Below are positions 16,629 through 24,299 of a DNA stretch of 24,840 bases, one piece after another; the stretch's first letter is position 1, and each line of letters begins with the position of its first letter. The DNA lies in the NCBI GenBank assembly GCA_964419615.1, contig CAYQPU010000024.1:1-24840 (forward strand), written 5' to 3'. The notes below the pieces were generated by a model, which was not told the origin of the DNA, searched no databases, and worked only from the letters and a program-made list of their open reading frames with translations. The stretch is from an uncultured Methanosarcinales archaeon. GTDB lineage: Archaea; Nanobdellota; Nanobdellia; Woesearchaeales; JAGVZT01. The position numbers and the translations under genes are program-made.

Positions 16629-16650
16629 TATTTAACCCGTTCTTCTCCTT
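16629..16650 (-). promoter_or_regulatory. BRE/TATA promoter of the pop5-exosome operon
   Basis: Minus strand reads AAGGAGAAGAACGGG-TTAAATA, about 47 nt upstream of the pop5 ATG. Confidence 0.45.
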
Positions 16651-16681
16651 TCTCTCTCACATATATGGGATATTGTTTTTA

Positions 16682-16689
16682 TTTATAAA
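16682..16689 (+). promoter_or_regulatory. TATA box of the candidate ncRNA
   Basis: TTTATAAA positioned -28 to -21 from G16710, the first base of the long stem. Confidence 0.55.
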
Positions 16690-16709
16690 TGTTGCGTAGT
16701 AATAGCCAA

Positions 16710-16868
16710 GGTTAGTGCCTCCTAGGCCAGATTTAAGTGAACAAGGCTTAGTGGCTCGTAAGATGCAATTCGGAACTGTTTGTCTTATGAGAATAATTAT
16801 CGCAAAAAGAATCCATATATATTAATAACAAACAGCCGAGTGAACCGGCCAGGAGGCGCTAACCACCA
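16710..16868 (+). ncRNA. Unassigned structured RNA of about 160 nt
   Basis: 16710-16723 GGTTAGTGCCTCCT pairs with 16851-16864 (14 bp, one U-G pair that favours the + strand). GGCC 16725-28 pairs with 16847-50. TTCGG-AA-CTGTTTGT 16769-83 pairs with ACAAACAG-CCGAG 16828-40. GC-enriched island in intergenic AT-rich DNA, ends in ACCA. Confidence 0.7.
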
Positions 16869-16941
16869 ATTTTAGCTATCTACCTGAGATACTTTTATTA
16901 ATTGATAATGATTCCCAATTAATAAATCAAGATATATAAAA

Positions 16942-17598
16942 ATGGAATCTGACAAAACACACAATTATTTGGTGATCACAAATGACAGTATTGACCAAGA
17001 AGATGATAGATTTCAAAGATTTCAAGCTTCAATTGCTCCTTATTTAAAACATGAGATACTTAAGTATAATGGTTTTGTGGGTGATCTAGTTCATTGTGTG
17101 GATCCAAATTCAGAGAATTCATTAAGATCCCTTTCAATCTACAGAGAGATTCCCGCAGATGCAGATCTTGATTTCGAATTTTTCCTTGAAATAGTTGATG
17201 CAAATTGCATTAAAATTAAAGATGAACTTAGACTTAGAACCTGTTTCCAAAGAATTAAACTAGGCATTCACACTTCAACAATCGGCTCATTCACTGAAAC
17301 AGGGACTATTGAAGAAATGCTTGATGTGGGTGTTCACAAATTAGAATTAAGTCCAACAGATCATGTTAACAAAGCATTCAGTTATCAAAACCCCGAATTT
17401 GCAGATTCATTTACAAGACCAAAATACCTTTCAACAAAAGGTGAAAGATTGCTATTACCAACAACTGTTACAATTGGTCTTGAAGTAGATACTGAGCAGT
17501 ATGTATACACTCTAGTAAAGCATGAGTATGAACAACCAGTGAGTGGAATAGTATTTCCAGCATTAATCTTAAAACCTATAATTATTACTAATTCTTAG
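16942..17598 (+). CDS. Divergent class III nucleotide cyclase-like protein
   Basis: Colinear matches to the cyclase homology domain: VITND, EILKYNG-FVGDLV, RIKLGIHT, TDHVNKA, GERLLLP. The ORF is solid; the family call is tentative. Confidence 0.45.
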   Translation: MESDKTHNYLVITNDSIDQEDDRFQRFQASIAPYLKHEILKYNGFVGDLVHCVDPNSENSLRSLSIYREIPADADLDFEFFLEIVDANCIKIKDELRLRTCFQRIKLGIHTSTIGSFTETGTIEEMLDVGVHKLELSPTDHVNKAFSYQNPEFADSFTRPKYLSTKGERLLLPTTVTIGLEVDTEQYVYTLVKHEYEQPVSGIVFPALILKPIIITNS

Positions 17599-17655
17599 CA
17601 TCTTTTCCATATAATCAAAGATACCTTTATTAATCAATATCCATTCCCTTTTATT

Positions 17656-17973
17656 ATGACAACAAAACTAGATGATTGGATGAAATTCTTTATAAGACCA
17701 ACAAAATTACCAATGCCTGAAAGTCTTAGAATTAAGGTATTGGCAGGAGACGATTATTCTTATGGAAATATGGAGACTAGGGTACTAGAGTGGCAATCTA
17801 TAGATAGAGATGATTCAGAAGTTGCTGCAAAGATTGGCAGTAAAAGCGGGACTACTATTAGTAAAGCATATAATGTACCAATTCTAAATCTAAAAGCTCA
17901 ATCTTGGTACTATGCTTATGACCCGATTGATGGAGAATATCTTGGGACCTGTAGTTTAAGTGAAGATTATTAA
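17656..17973 (+). CDS. Hypothetical protein
   Basis: 105-aa ORF with TTTATTAA about 28 nt upstream. No family recognised. Confidence 0.65.
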   Translation: MTTKLDDWMKFFIRPTKLPMPESLRIKVLAGDDYSYGNMETRVLEWQSIDRDDSEVAAKIGSKSGTTISKAYNVPILNLKAQSWYYAYDPIDGEYLGTCSLSEDY

Positions 17974-17988
17974 AAAGTTAGAAAAAAT

Positions 17989-18699
17989 CTACAACTTCTT
18001 ACCAACAGATTGTGTTTTCTTAAGCTTACTTTTTAATTTTAATTTCTTAAACACAATATGTCCACAATAATCATCTTCAATAACTTTTTTGCATTCCATA
18101 ACTTCAATATTCTTTTTGAAAATTGGACCATCCAACACAAAAGTGTCAGCATACCCTCCTTCAAACCCAACATGGAATCCATAAATCATTGAATCTCTTT
18201 TAAGATCATCATAATTAGCTAAAGAAATCTCTCGTCCAAGCCAATCCATCAAACCATCAGATGCAACTTGAGTCACCATAAACACATAACCTTTATCAAG
18301 CATCTCCTCAACCATCTTGTCATGGTCCATACCAGCATGCGCTGCAAACACTTCAACACCAAGTGGTCTTAGTGCTTCTTGAACAGATCTAATTTGAGTC
18401 ACTTGCAAGCCAGTTCCACCAAGTAAAACAGCATCAACTGGGTTTTCTTCAACAGCTCTCTTAACAATATCAGCTTCTTTTTTAGGATCCGCAACATCAC
18501 ACTTTTTCAAAATATGTTTTAAACCTAAAAGCTTTGCTTGCTGATTAGTATGTTCAACAGTAGCAAAATGAAACAAATAACAATCCTTTCTAGTAGGCTT
18601 GATTGACAATAAATATTGAATATCCCATCCTCTCTCTAATGCATAATCCACTGCATAAGTTGAGTCCTTTCCACCTGAATATAAAACTGCGACTTTCAT
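17989..18699 (-). CDS. dph6: Diphthine--ammonia ligase (Dph6/DUF71 ATP pyrophosphatase)
   Basis: PP-loop MKVAVLYSGGKDS, YLFH, GFEGGYADTFVLDGPIFKK. Start at 18699 is about 24 nt after TTTATAAA (leaderless). Confidence 0.9.
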   Translation of the reverse strand: MKVAVLYSGGKDSTYAVDYALERGWDIQYLLSIKPTRKDCYLFHFATVEHTNQQAKLLGLKHILKKCDVADPKKEADIVKRAVEENPVDAVLLGGTGLQVTQIRSVQEALRPLGVEVFAAHAGMDHDKMVEEMLDKGYVFMVTQVASDGLMDWLGREISLANYDDLKRDSMIYGFHVGFEGGYADTFVLDGPIFKKNIEVMECKKVIEDDYCGHIVFKKLKLKSKLKKTQSVGKKL

Positions 18700-18722
18700 A
18701 CTAAACAATGAATCCAAAATGG

Positions 18723-18730
18723 TTTATAAA
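18723..18730. promoter_or_regulatory. Palindromic TATA, possibly bidirectional
   Basis: TTTATAAA between divergent dph6 and the 18877 ORF. Confidence 0.5.
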
Positions 18731-18876
18731 GATTGTGGTAATATGTTTTGTAATAATTTTTTATTAAGCCCACCAAGTTTTTACTTTTCAAAAGTAGTCA
18801 CCACATAGAAAAATTATTATAGTGGGAATTATTTTTGATAAAATTATCTTAGGATTATTATGAGGAGGTAAACAAT

Positions 18877-19569
18877 ATGGCACAATATGGAAAAGTAGAA
18901 AACCCAACATTAGATGTTAGTGATTATCAACAGGGAGATTTTGTTCATTGGTTACTGTATGATGTTGAATCATCTTTTGGGGTTGTTTCAGAGGTTGGAG
19001 AAGAAAGTGTAAGATTTGTACACTTTGAAAGTGGGTTACCATTTAGTGTATCAAGAAGACCTGAATATGGTGGAATTAGAAAAGCAACAAAAGATGAAAC
19101 ATTTGCACATTTTGATTCAATTGTTGATACTTTTGAAAAAAAGATTAAATATGGTGGTTTATCCGGAGCTATTTCTGCAAGTAAACAGCATTATTTGAAT
19201 AGTGTTCTAGCAAATCTTAAAACAAATGGAATTGATGCTTATACTGCCATATCCACTGCAGTTTCAGATCCAGAAACCGGACTTTATGTTTTAATGGGGA
19301 TTTACTCTGGTCAAGGACCAAGTGAACATTTAGAAGGTTTAGTCGCTGTTCCAAGACTTACTGAAAAAGAAGTGTCCAGAATAATGTTTGAACTCAAACC
19401 AGAAGGATTTGGAAATATACCTAAAGAAGTTCGTAATACACACGCAACATCTCATGGAGATCTTGTTGCAATGTGGAGTTATGAAGTTCCAGAGAAAGCC
19501 AGAGTTTTGGTTCCATTTCCAAATGCATTAGAATACAAGGATTCTGAATGGTGCTTCAGTGAAGTATAA
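18877..19569 (+). CDS. Hypothetical protein, possible N-terminal SH3/Tudor-like barrel
   Basis: 230-aa ORF with strong SD GAGGAGGT. YQQGDFVHW ... FGVVSEVGEESVRFVHF is a beta-barrel-like pattern. Confidence 0.75.
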   Translation: MAQYGKVENPTLDVSDYQQGDFVHWLLYDVESSFGVVSEVGEESVRFVHFESGLPFSVSRRPEYGGIRKATKDETFAHFDSIVDTFEKKIKYGGLSGAISASKQHYLNSVLANLKTNGIDAYTAISTAVSDPETGLYVLMGIYSGQGPSEHLEGLVAVPRLTEKEVSRIMFELKPEGFGNIPKEVRNTHATSHGDLVAMWSYEVPEKARVLVPFPNALEYKDSEWCFSEV

Positions 19570-19580
19570 TCTATCAATTT

Positions 19581-20064
19581 ATGGAAATAACAAATAATCA
19601 CAACAAATTTCCAACAGCTTTCACCAGAACACCAACAGGTTTTTCTGATTGGAGAATTTGCTCAGAAATATTGAAGTCATAATGACAGATGAATTTGAAG
19701 CTAAAATAGAATCATTATTTGAAGATGCACATAAAGTGTGGACAAGTGGAGAGATCTATAACCTTCCAGACAAGCAAAAAGACCATACTATGATTACAAT
19801 TTACTTAAAATTCTCTTATATCTTTTACATGATGTTGAGCAAAATGGATTTGAGGGGGAACTAATGCTTCATGAAAATCCAATCCACACATATGCTCAAG
19901 GACTATACAATCAACATGGTGAAATTGAAGTTAGTAAAAAAGAGGCCGAGCAATTGTTGGATTCAATAACAGAACACAAACTACACCAAAGAACAGAACT
20001 CTACAAACAAGATCTGTTAAAAGTAATAGAAATTGAAAAACAGCTCTTTGAATTGACTACTTAG
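19581..20064 (+). pseudogene. Frameshifted hypothetical gene (joins track ORFs 19649-19864 and 19864-20064)
   Basis: Three single-base frame changes (near 19590, 19648 and 19780) give one continuous, natural-looking helical protein of about 160 aa. The frame of the 19864 ORF is already open from 19762. Confidence 0.55.
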
Positions 20065-20083
20065 ATTATAACTTCCACATATT

Positions 20084-20099
20084 ATTACTCTGGAGTAAT
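20084..20099 (+). terminator. Hairpin downstream of the frameshifted gene
   Basis: ATTACTC-TG-GAGTAAT inverted repeat. Confidence 0.3.
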
Positions 20100-20145
20100 C
20101 AATCAATACAAAACTTTATATACAAAAAATAATACCTTCTGTCCT

Positions 20146-20727
20146 ATGGATGATAAAAAAGCAATTCAAAACATTGCAGAAACTTTGGTAGAGGAAATGG
20201 GATTCCAACTGATTGATTATAAACAATTAGAAAGTACAAACCCCTCATCACATTCAAACTATAATGAAATAATAAATGCAGCTTACTTAAAATTACCAGA
20301 ACATAGACTAATCATTGGGTTTTGGCCTTACAAACTGGATGGTGGATTTTTAATGGCAACAGTTGAAACAAGCGATTTTGAACCTGATGCCCCTAATCCT
20401 GATGAAATTGGTTTAGGAGATTATAAATTCTATGATAAAGTTGGTGCACAGTCAGAAACAATTGATCCTGTTTTAGACCCTGGATTGAATCAGATTGGTT
20501 ATTCTTATAGAGTTGGTTTTGAGATATCAGAATTTAATGCAAAAAACATAATGACTATTTTAGAGAGAATTATTGATGTTGCATCAGAGTCAGGTATATT
20601 GCCTGGCAAGATATCTGAAATGTTTGTATATCATGGAAGGTTAACACCATACAAATGCAAAGAAGGTCATACCATCGAAGCGCAAAGAGAATTTATCAAA
20701 GACTTGCTTGGATATGATTTAATTTAG
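20146..20727 (+). CDS. Hypothetical protein
   Basis: 193-aa ORF with AAAAC-TTTATATA promoter at 20110-20122. No family recognised with confidence. Confidence 0.7.
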   Translation: MDDKKAIQNIAETLVEEMGFQLIDYKQLESTNPSSHSNYNEIINAAYLKLPEHRLIIGFWPYKLDGGFLMATVETSDFEPDAPNPDEIGLGDYKFYDKVGAQSETIDPVLDPGLNQIGYSYRVGFEISEFNAKNIMTILERIIDVASESGILPGKISEMFVYHGRLTPYKCKEGHTIEAQREFIKDLLGYDLI

Positions 20728-20761
20728 ATAGTTTTAGAATTAAATATGTACATAAGATGGT

Positions 20762-21307
20762 CTATTTTCTTGTTATACTTTTCAAATTACTAAAAAATTT
20801 CTTGGATAAAGGCGAGCTTATTCTTTCTTCAACATATGGCCAGAATTCGTCCAAATCAACATTTGGATAATTTTTCTTGTACTCATTAGCTTGCATCAAC
20901 ATTTCCAATAAATCCATTTCATAAACAAATCTGCTCTCAGGAGTTTTTTTATCTTCAAATTCTTTCCACAAATCCACAAGTTCCTTTTTGTCAATTAATT
21001 TTGACAGTTTTTTTATTGCATCCTGTTCTAATGTGTGTTTCTGCTCTTTCAATTCTTTTTCATGAGGAGTAATGTCTCCAACAATACTTTCAGCTAAATC
21101 GTGGACTAAAGCTAGTTTAATGCATTTATTAACATCAAGACCTTGCTTTTCAGCCAAAATAAAACTCATCAGTGTAGTTCTAAAAGAATGATCTGCAACA
21201 GACTCAGAATTAGGTACTCCTCTTTTAACCCAACCAGTTCTTTTGGTTGTTTTAAGTTTTCCAGTTGTCTCAAAAAATTTAATTATTTCTTCCATCTTAA
21301 AACGCAT
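20762..21307 (-). CDS. HD-domain 5'-deoxynucleotidase (HDDC2/YfbR-like)
   Basis: [44 protein letters not shown]. Confidence 0.9.
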   Translation of the reverse strand: MRFKMEEIIKFFETTGKLKTTKRTGWVKRGVPNSESVADHSFRTTLMSFILAEKQGLDVNKCIKLALVHDLAESIVGDITPHEKELKEQKHTLEQDAIKKLSKLIDKKELVDLWKEFEDKKTPESRFVYEMDLLEMLMQANEYKKNYPNVDLDEFWPYVEERISSPLSKKFFSNLKSITRK

Positions 21308-22424
21308 CCTTTAATTTCTCAAAAAAACCTTTATCAGGCCGAGCATCCTCACCACTAAGCTTTGCAAACTCCTTAAGCAAATCTTTTTGCTTTTTATTTA
21401 ACTTCTCAGGTGTTTGCACAACCACCTTCACAAACTGATTACCTTTACTTCTTCCATTAAGGTTAGGAATACCTTTACCTTTCATCCTAAACAAAGTATC
21501 TGTTTGAGTATGCTTTGGAATCTTTAATTGAGCTTTGCTATCAAGAGTTGGTACAGTAATTTCAGAACCAAACACAGCTTGAGTAAAACTAATTGGAACC
21601 TCAATATATATATCATCTCCAACTCTTTCAAAAACTTTATGTGGTTTAATCCTAACAACAACATACAAGTTCCCTGCAGGACCTCCAATATCTCCAGCTT
21701 GACCTTCGCCCTGCAATCTCAAAGTAGAACCATTCTCAATACCTTCAGGAATACTAACATCAATTGTAACATGCTTTTTAATCTTACCTTTACCATCACA
21801 TTTTTCACATTCTTTCTCAACAATCTTACCACTGCCTGCACACTTTCTACAACCTGATGTAGTACTAATAACTCCAAAAGGAGTTCTTCTAGTTGTGCTG
21901 GCCATTCCTCGACCATTACAATTATCACATGTTTTAATATCAGACTCAGAGAATGCACCTGATCCCTTACAATCTGGACAGACTTCCATTCTTGGAAGTT
22001 CTACTTTCTTTTTAACTCCTTTTGCTGCCTCATGCAAGGTGATCTCTGTTTCATACATTAAATCAGAACCTCTTCTTGGTCTCCTGCTTTGACCACCAAA
22101 AGAAAAACCTCCTCCAAAAAGATCATCAAAAATACTACCAAAATCAAACCTGCCAAAACCAAAATCTGAAAAATCAAATTTATTAAAATCAAAACCTGGT
22201 GAAAATGAAGTTTCAGCACTACCAAACTGATCATATTGTGCTCTCTTCTTATCATCTGCTAAAACAGAAGCAGCTTCATTAATCTCCTTAAACTTATCAG
22301 TAGCACTTGAATCTTTATTCAAATCAGGGTGATACTTTTTTGCAAGCTTTTTATAAGCTTTCTTAATATCATCTTTACTAGCATTCTTTTCAACACCCAA
22401 AGTTTTGTAATAATCCTTTACCAT
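21297..22424 (-). CDS. dnaJ: Chaperone DnaJ
   Basis: J-domain HPD, G/F-rich region, four CxxCxGxG repeats, C-terminal domain. Confidence 0.98.
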   Translation of the reverse strand: MVKDYYKTLGVEKNASKDDIKKAYKKLAKKYHPDLNKDSSATDKFKEINEAASVLADDKKRAQYDQFGSAETSFSPGFDFNKFDFSDFGFGRFDFGSIFDDLFGGGFSFGGQSRRPRRGSDLMYETEITLHEAAKGVKKKVELPRMEVCPDCKGSGAFSESDIKTCDNCNGRGMASTTRRTPFGVISTTSGCRKCAGSGKIVEKECEKCDGKGKIKKHVTIDVSIPEGIENGSTLRLQGEGQAGDIGGPAGNLYVVVRIKPHKVFERVGDDIYIEVPISFTQAVFGSEITVPTLDSKAQLKIPKHTQTDTLFRMKGKGIPNLNGRSKGNQFVKVVVQTPEKLNKKQKDLLKEFAKLSGEDARPDKGFFEKLKDAF

Positions 22425-22439
22425 TTTAACAAGTAATCC

Positions 22440-23057
22440 TCATGTATTTTTATTAATTACCCCTAGTTTTTCCAAATCTTCTCTTAACTGTTCAGCATTC
22501 TTGAAATGTATCGCAACAAAACCCTTTTCCTTAGCAACTTTTATGTTGATCTCGCGATCATCAACAAACACGCACTCTTCAGCTTTCAAATTAATCTTTT
22601 CAAGTAATATATCAAATAGCTTCCCATCTTCCTTTAAAAACCCATGTTCAGCAGAAAAAACAATATCATCAAAATACTCAACCAACTTGAACCTATCAAT
22701 ATGCCCTTCAAATACACCCTTAATATGATCAGATAAAATGGCCATTTTGTATTTTGGTTTGAGTTCTTTTACAATCTTCATAACTTCAGGTTCAAGTTGA
22801 GTATTCTCATGAATTCTATCTCCTATCTTTTCCTGTAATTCCTTTGTGATTCCTTGTAAACTTGCAACAACTTCATTGAACTGATTTAAAGAAATTCTAT
22901 CTCTCATTAAATTCATAATATGTTCTGATCCTAAAACTTTATTCATAGATTCTTCCGGACTCATTTTTAGTTGGTCTACAAACTCATACAATGTTTTTAA
23001 GGAAACACTTTGTACAGACAAAACATCTCCAAAATCAAACACAATCGCTTTAATCAT
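22440..23057 (-). CDS. HAD-family phosphatase (YihX-like)
   Basis: Motif I FDFGDVL, motif II ILSD, Lys in GFLKED, motif IV FVDDREINI. Confidence 0.88.
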   Translation of the reverse strand: MIKAIVFDFGDVLSVQSVSLKTLYEFVDQLKMSPEESMNKVLGSEHIMNLMRDRISLNQFNEVVASLQGITKELQEKIGDRIHENTQLEPEVMKIVKELKPKYKMAILSDHIKGVFEGHIDRFKLVEYFDDIVFSAEHGFLKEDGKLFDILLEKINLKAEECVFVDDREINIKVAKEKGFVAIHFKNAEQLREDLEKLGVINKNT

Positions 23058-23572
23058 TTCACATCCTCTGGATTAATATCAACTTTTGAGAAAATTTCAT
23101 CCTCAAGTTCATAATACTTTTGTTTAATATGTGGAACCATTTCAAAACTAAATCTTTCTTCAAATTCACTCAATCTATTTGGCATGGAAATAATCTTATC
23201 ATGAAGAACTCTAACATCAGCATAATTTAAAACCTTTGACTCCCAATCAAGATCCTTTAAAACAGAATTAAGTGTATGATTGGCAACAACTCTTCCAACT
23301 TCAGGATAACCTTTATCTGTTATAATTTGCTTTGACATCTGACCATGCTTTCTGGATTTTAACGTCAGCATCTTATCAATATCATGTAACAGTGAAGCTC
23401 TATCAACAAGCTCAACATTAATATCAACACCTACATTAACAAGCTTTTGTGCAATAAGAACAGCAACCTTGTTTACCTGAAGACAATGATTCATAATATG
23501 TTCAGGTACTTGATATTCCTCAAGCAAAGAAAAACACTCATCTCTACTAGGTAGATTTAACAAGAATACCAC
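23054..23572 (-). CDS. HD-domain phosphohydrolase (HDIG type)
   Basis: HCLQV, LLHDIDK, KHG, NHT, KVLNYAD. Confidence 0.88.
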   Translation of the reverse strand: MVFLLNLPSRDECFSLLEEYQVPEHIMNHCLQVNKVAVLIAQKLVNVGVDINVELVDRASLLHDIDKMLTLKSRKHGQMSKQIITDKGYPEVGRVVANHTLNSVLKDLDWESKVLNYADVRVLHDKIISMPNRLSEFEERFSFEMVPHIKQKYYELEDEIFSKVDINPEDVK

Positions 23573-24299
23573 CTTCTAATTCATAACCAGGTAACTTTTT
23601 TTGTATAGTATTAATTATTCCCATTGGAGTACTTACCCAGTAATCTGGTTGTTTTGACCAAAAGCCAGGACCTTTATTTGGAAAACCATAATCTTCTCCA
23701 TCCACACCAATTGTCACGATCTTAATATGTGGTAGCTGATCTTGGGCAAGTTTAGCAGCCAATATATCCACATCCTGATCTCCAACAACAAAAACAACGC
23801 CTGATTCCAAATCCCACTCATTAATACAACTAATAGTCCCTTCTGGATCTGGTTTTGGTTTTTCCACTTGTTCATAACCAATAATTGGATCAAAAATTGG
23901 AACTGTAACAGAGTCATACAATCCTTTATCAATCATCCTTTGCATTTTTTTTTTGGAGTTAGACGAAACAATACCTTTTGGAACATTGTCAAGGGCAATT
24001 ACTACATCTCTGATTCCATCGTATACGTAAGTATGATCTGGATATTCCAATTCAGACCAAAGTGCAACAGCTTCATCAACTTTGTCTCCAACACCAAGAT
24101 TTTCCCAAAAAACCAAGTAATCTCCTGCTTTGTTGTATGCACTGATATAATCATCAGGAGTTTTTAATTCAGCAGGTACATTTTCAAGTCCAACAATACC
24201 AGTTAGCTCTTGGTAAATCTCGACTGTTTTTAGCCAATTCTCAATCAAACTGTATACAATAACACCATCACAGTCAAAAACAACTCCTCCCAGTTTCAC
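23547..24299 (-). CDS. HAD-family hydrolase (phosphoglycolate phosphatase-like)
   Basis: [29 protein letters not shown]. Confidence 0.88.
   Translation of the reverse strand: MKLGGVVFDCDGVIVYSLIENWLKTVEIYQELTGIVGLENVPAELKTPDDYISAYNKAGDYLVFWENLGVGDKVDEAVALWSELEYPDHTYVYDGIRDVVIALDNVPKGIVSSNSKKKMQRMIDKGLYDSVTVPIFDPIIGYEQVEKPKPDPEGTISCINEWDLESGVVFVVGDQDVDILAAKLAQDQLPHIKIVTIGVDGEDYGFPNKGPGFWSKQPDYWVSTPMGIINTIQKKLPGYELEGGILVKST

Noticed and set aside
16710-16868. tRNA, RNase P RNA, full SRP RNA, 5S rRNA, tmRNA or C/D sRNA call for the structured RNA
   Set aside because: No GTTCRA T-arm or D-arm cloverleaf, no GAGGAAAGUCC/P4 pair despite the neighbouring pop5, no helix-8 CAGG/GNRA/AGCAG, no 5S loops, no G3-U70, and no RUGAUGA/CUGA boxes.
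16710-16868. The same RNA on the minus strand
   Set aside because: G-U pairs in the + strand stems become A-C mismatches on the minus strand, and the better TATA is on the + side. Not fully excluded, since TTAATAAA occurs at about 16894-16901 on the minus strand.
5556-17598. Direct functional pairing of the CARF regulator with the cyclase-like ORF
   Set aside because: They are about 11 kb apart with unrelated core genes in between, and class III cyclases are not known to make CARF ligands. There is no sequence evidence for a link.
19646-19648. In-frame TGA before ORF 19649 as selenocysteine or recoded stop
   Set aside because: The upstream frame has no start or protein-like sequence; a frameshift explains the region better.
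20146-20727. YbjN/CesT-like chaperone fold for the orphan ORF
   Set aside because: Only a vague secondary-structure pattern by eye; no motif to support the call.
22080-22230. AAATC/AAAA-rich repeats in dnaJ
   Set aside because: They encode the normal G/F-rich linker of DnaJ.
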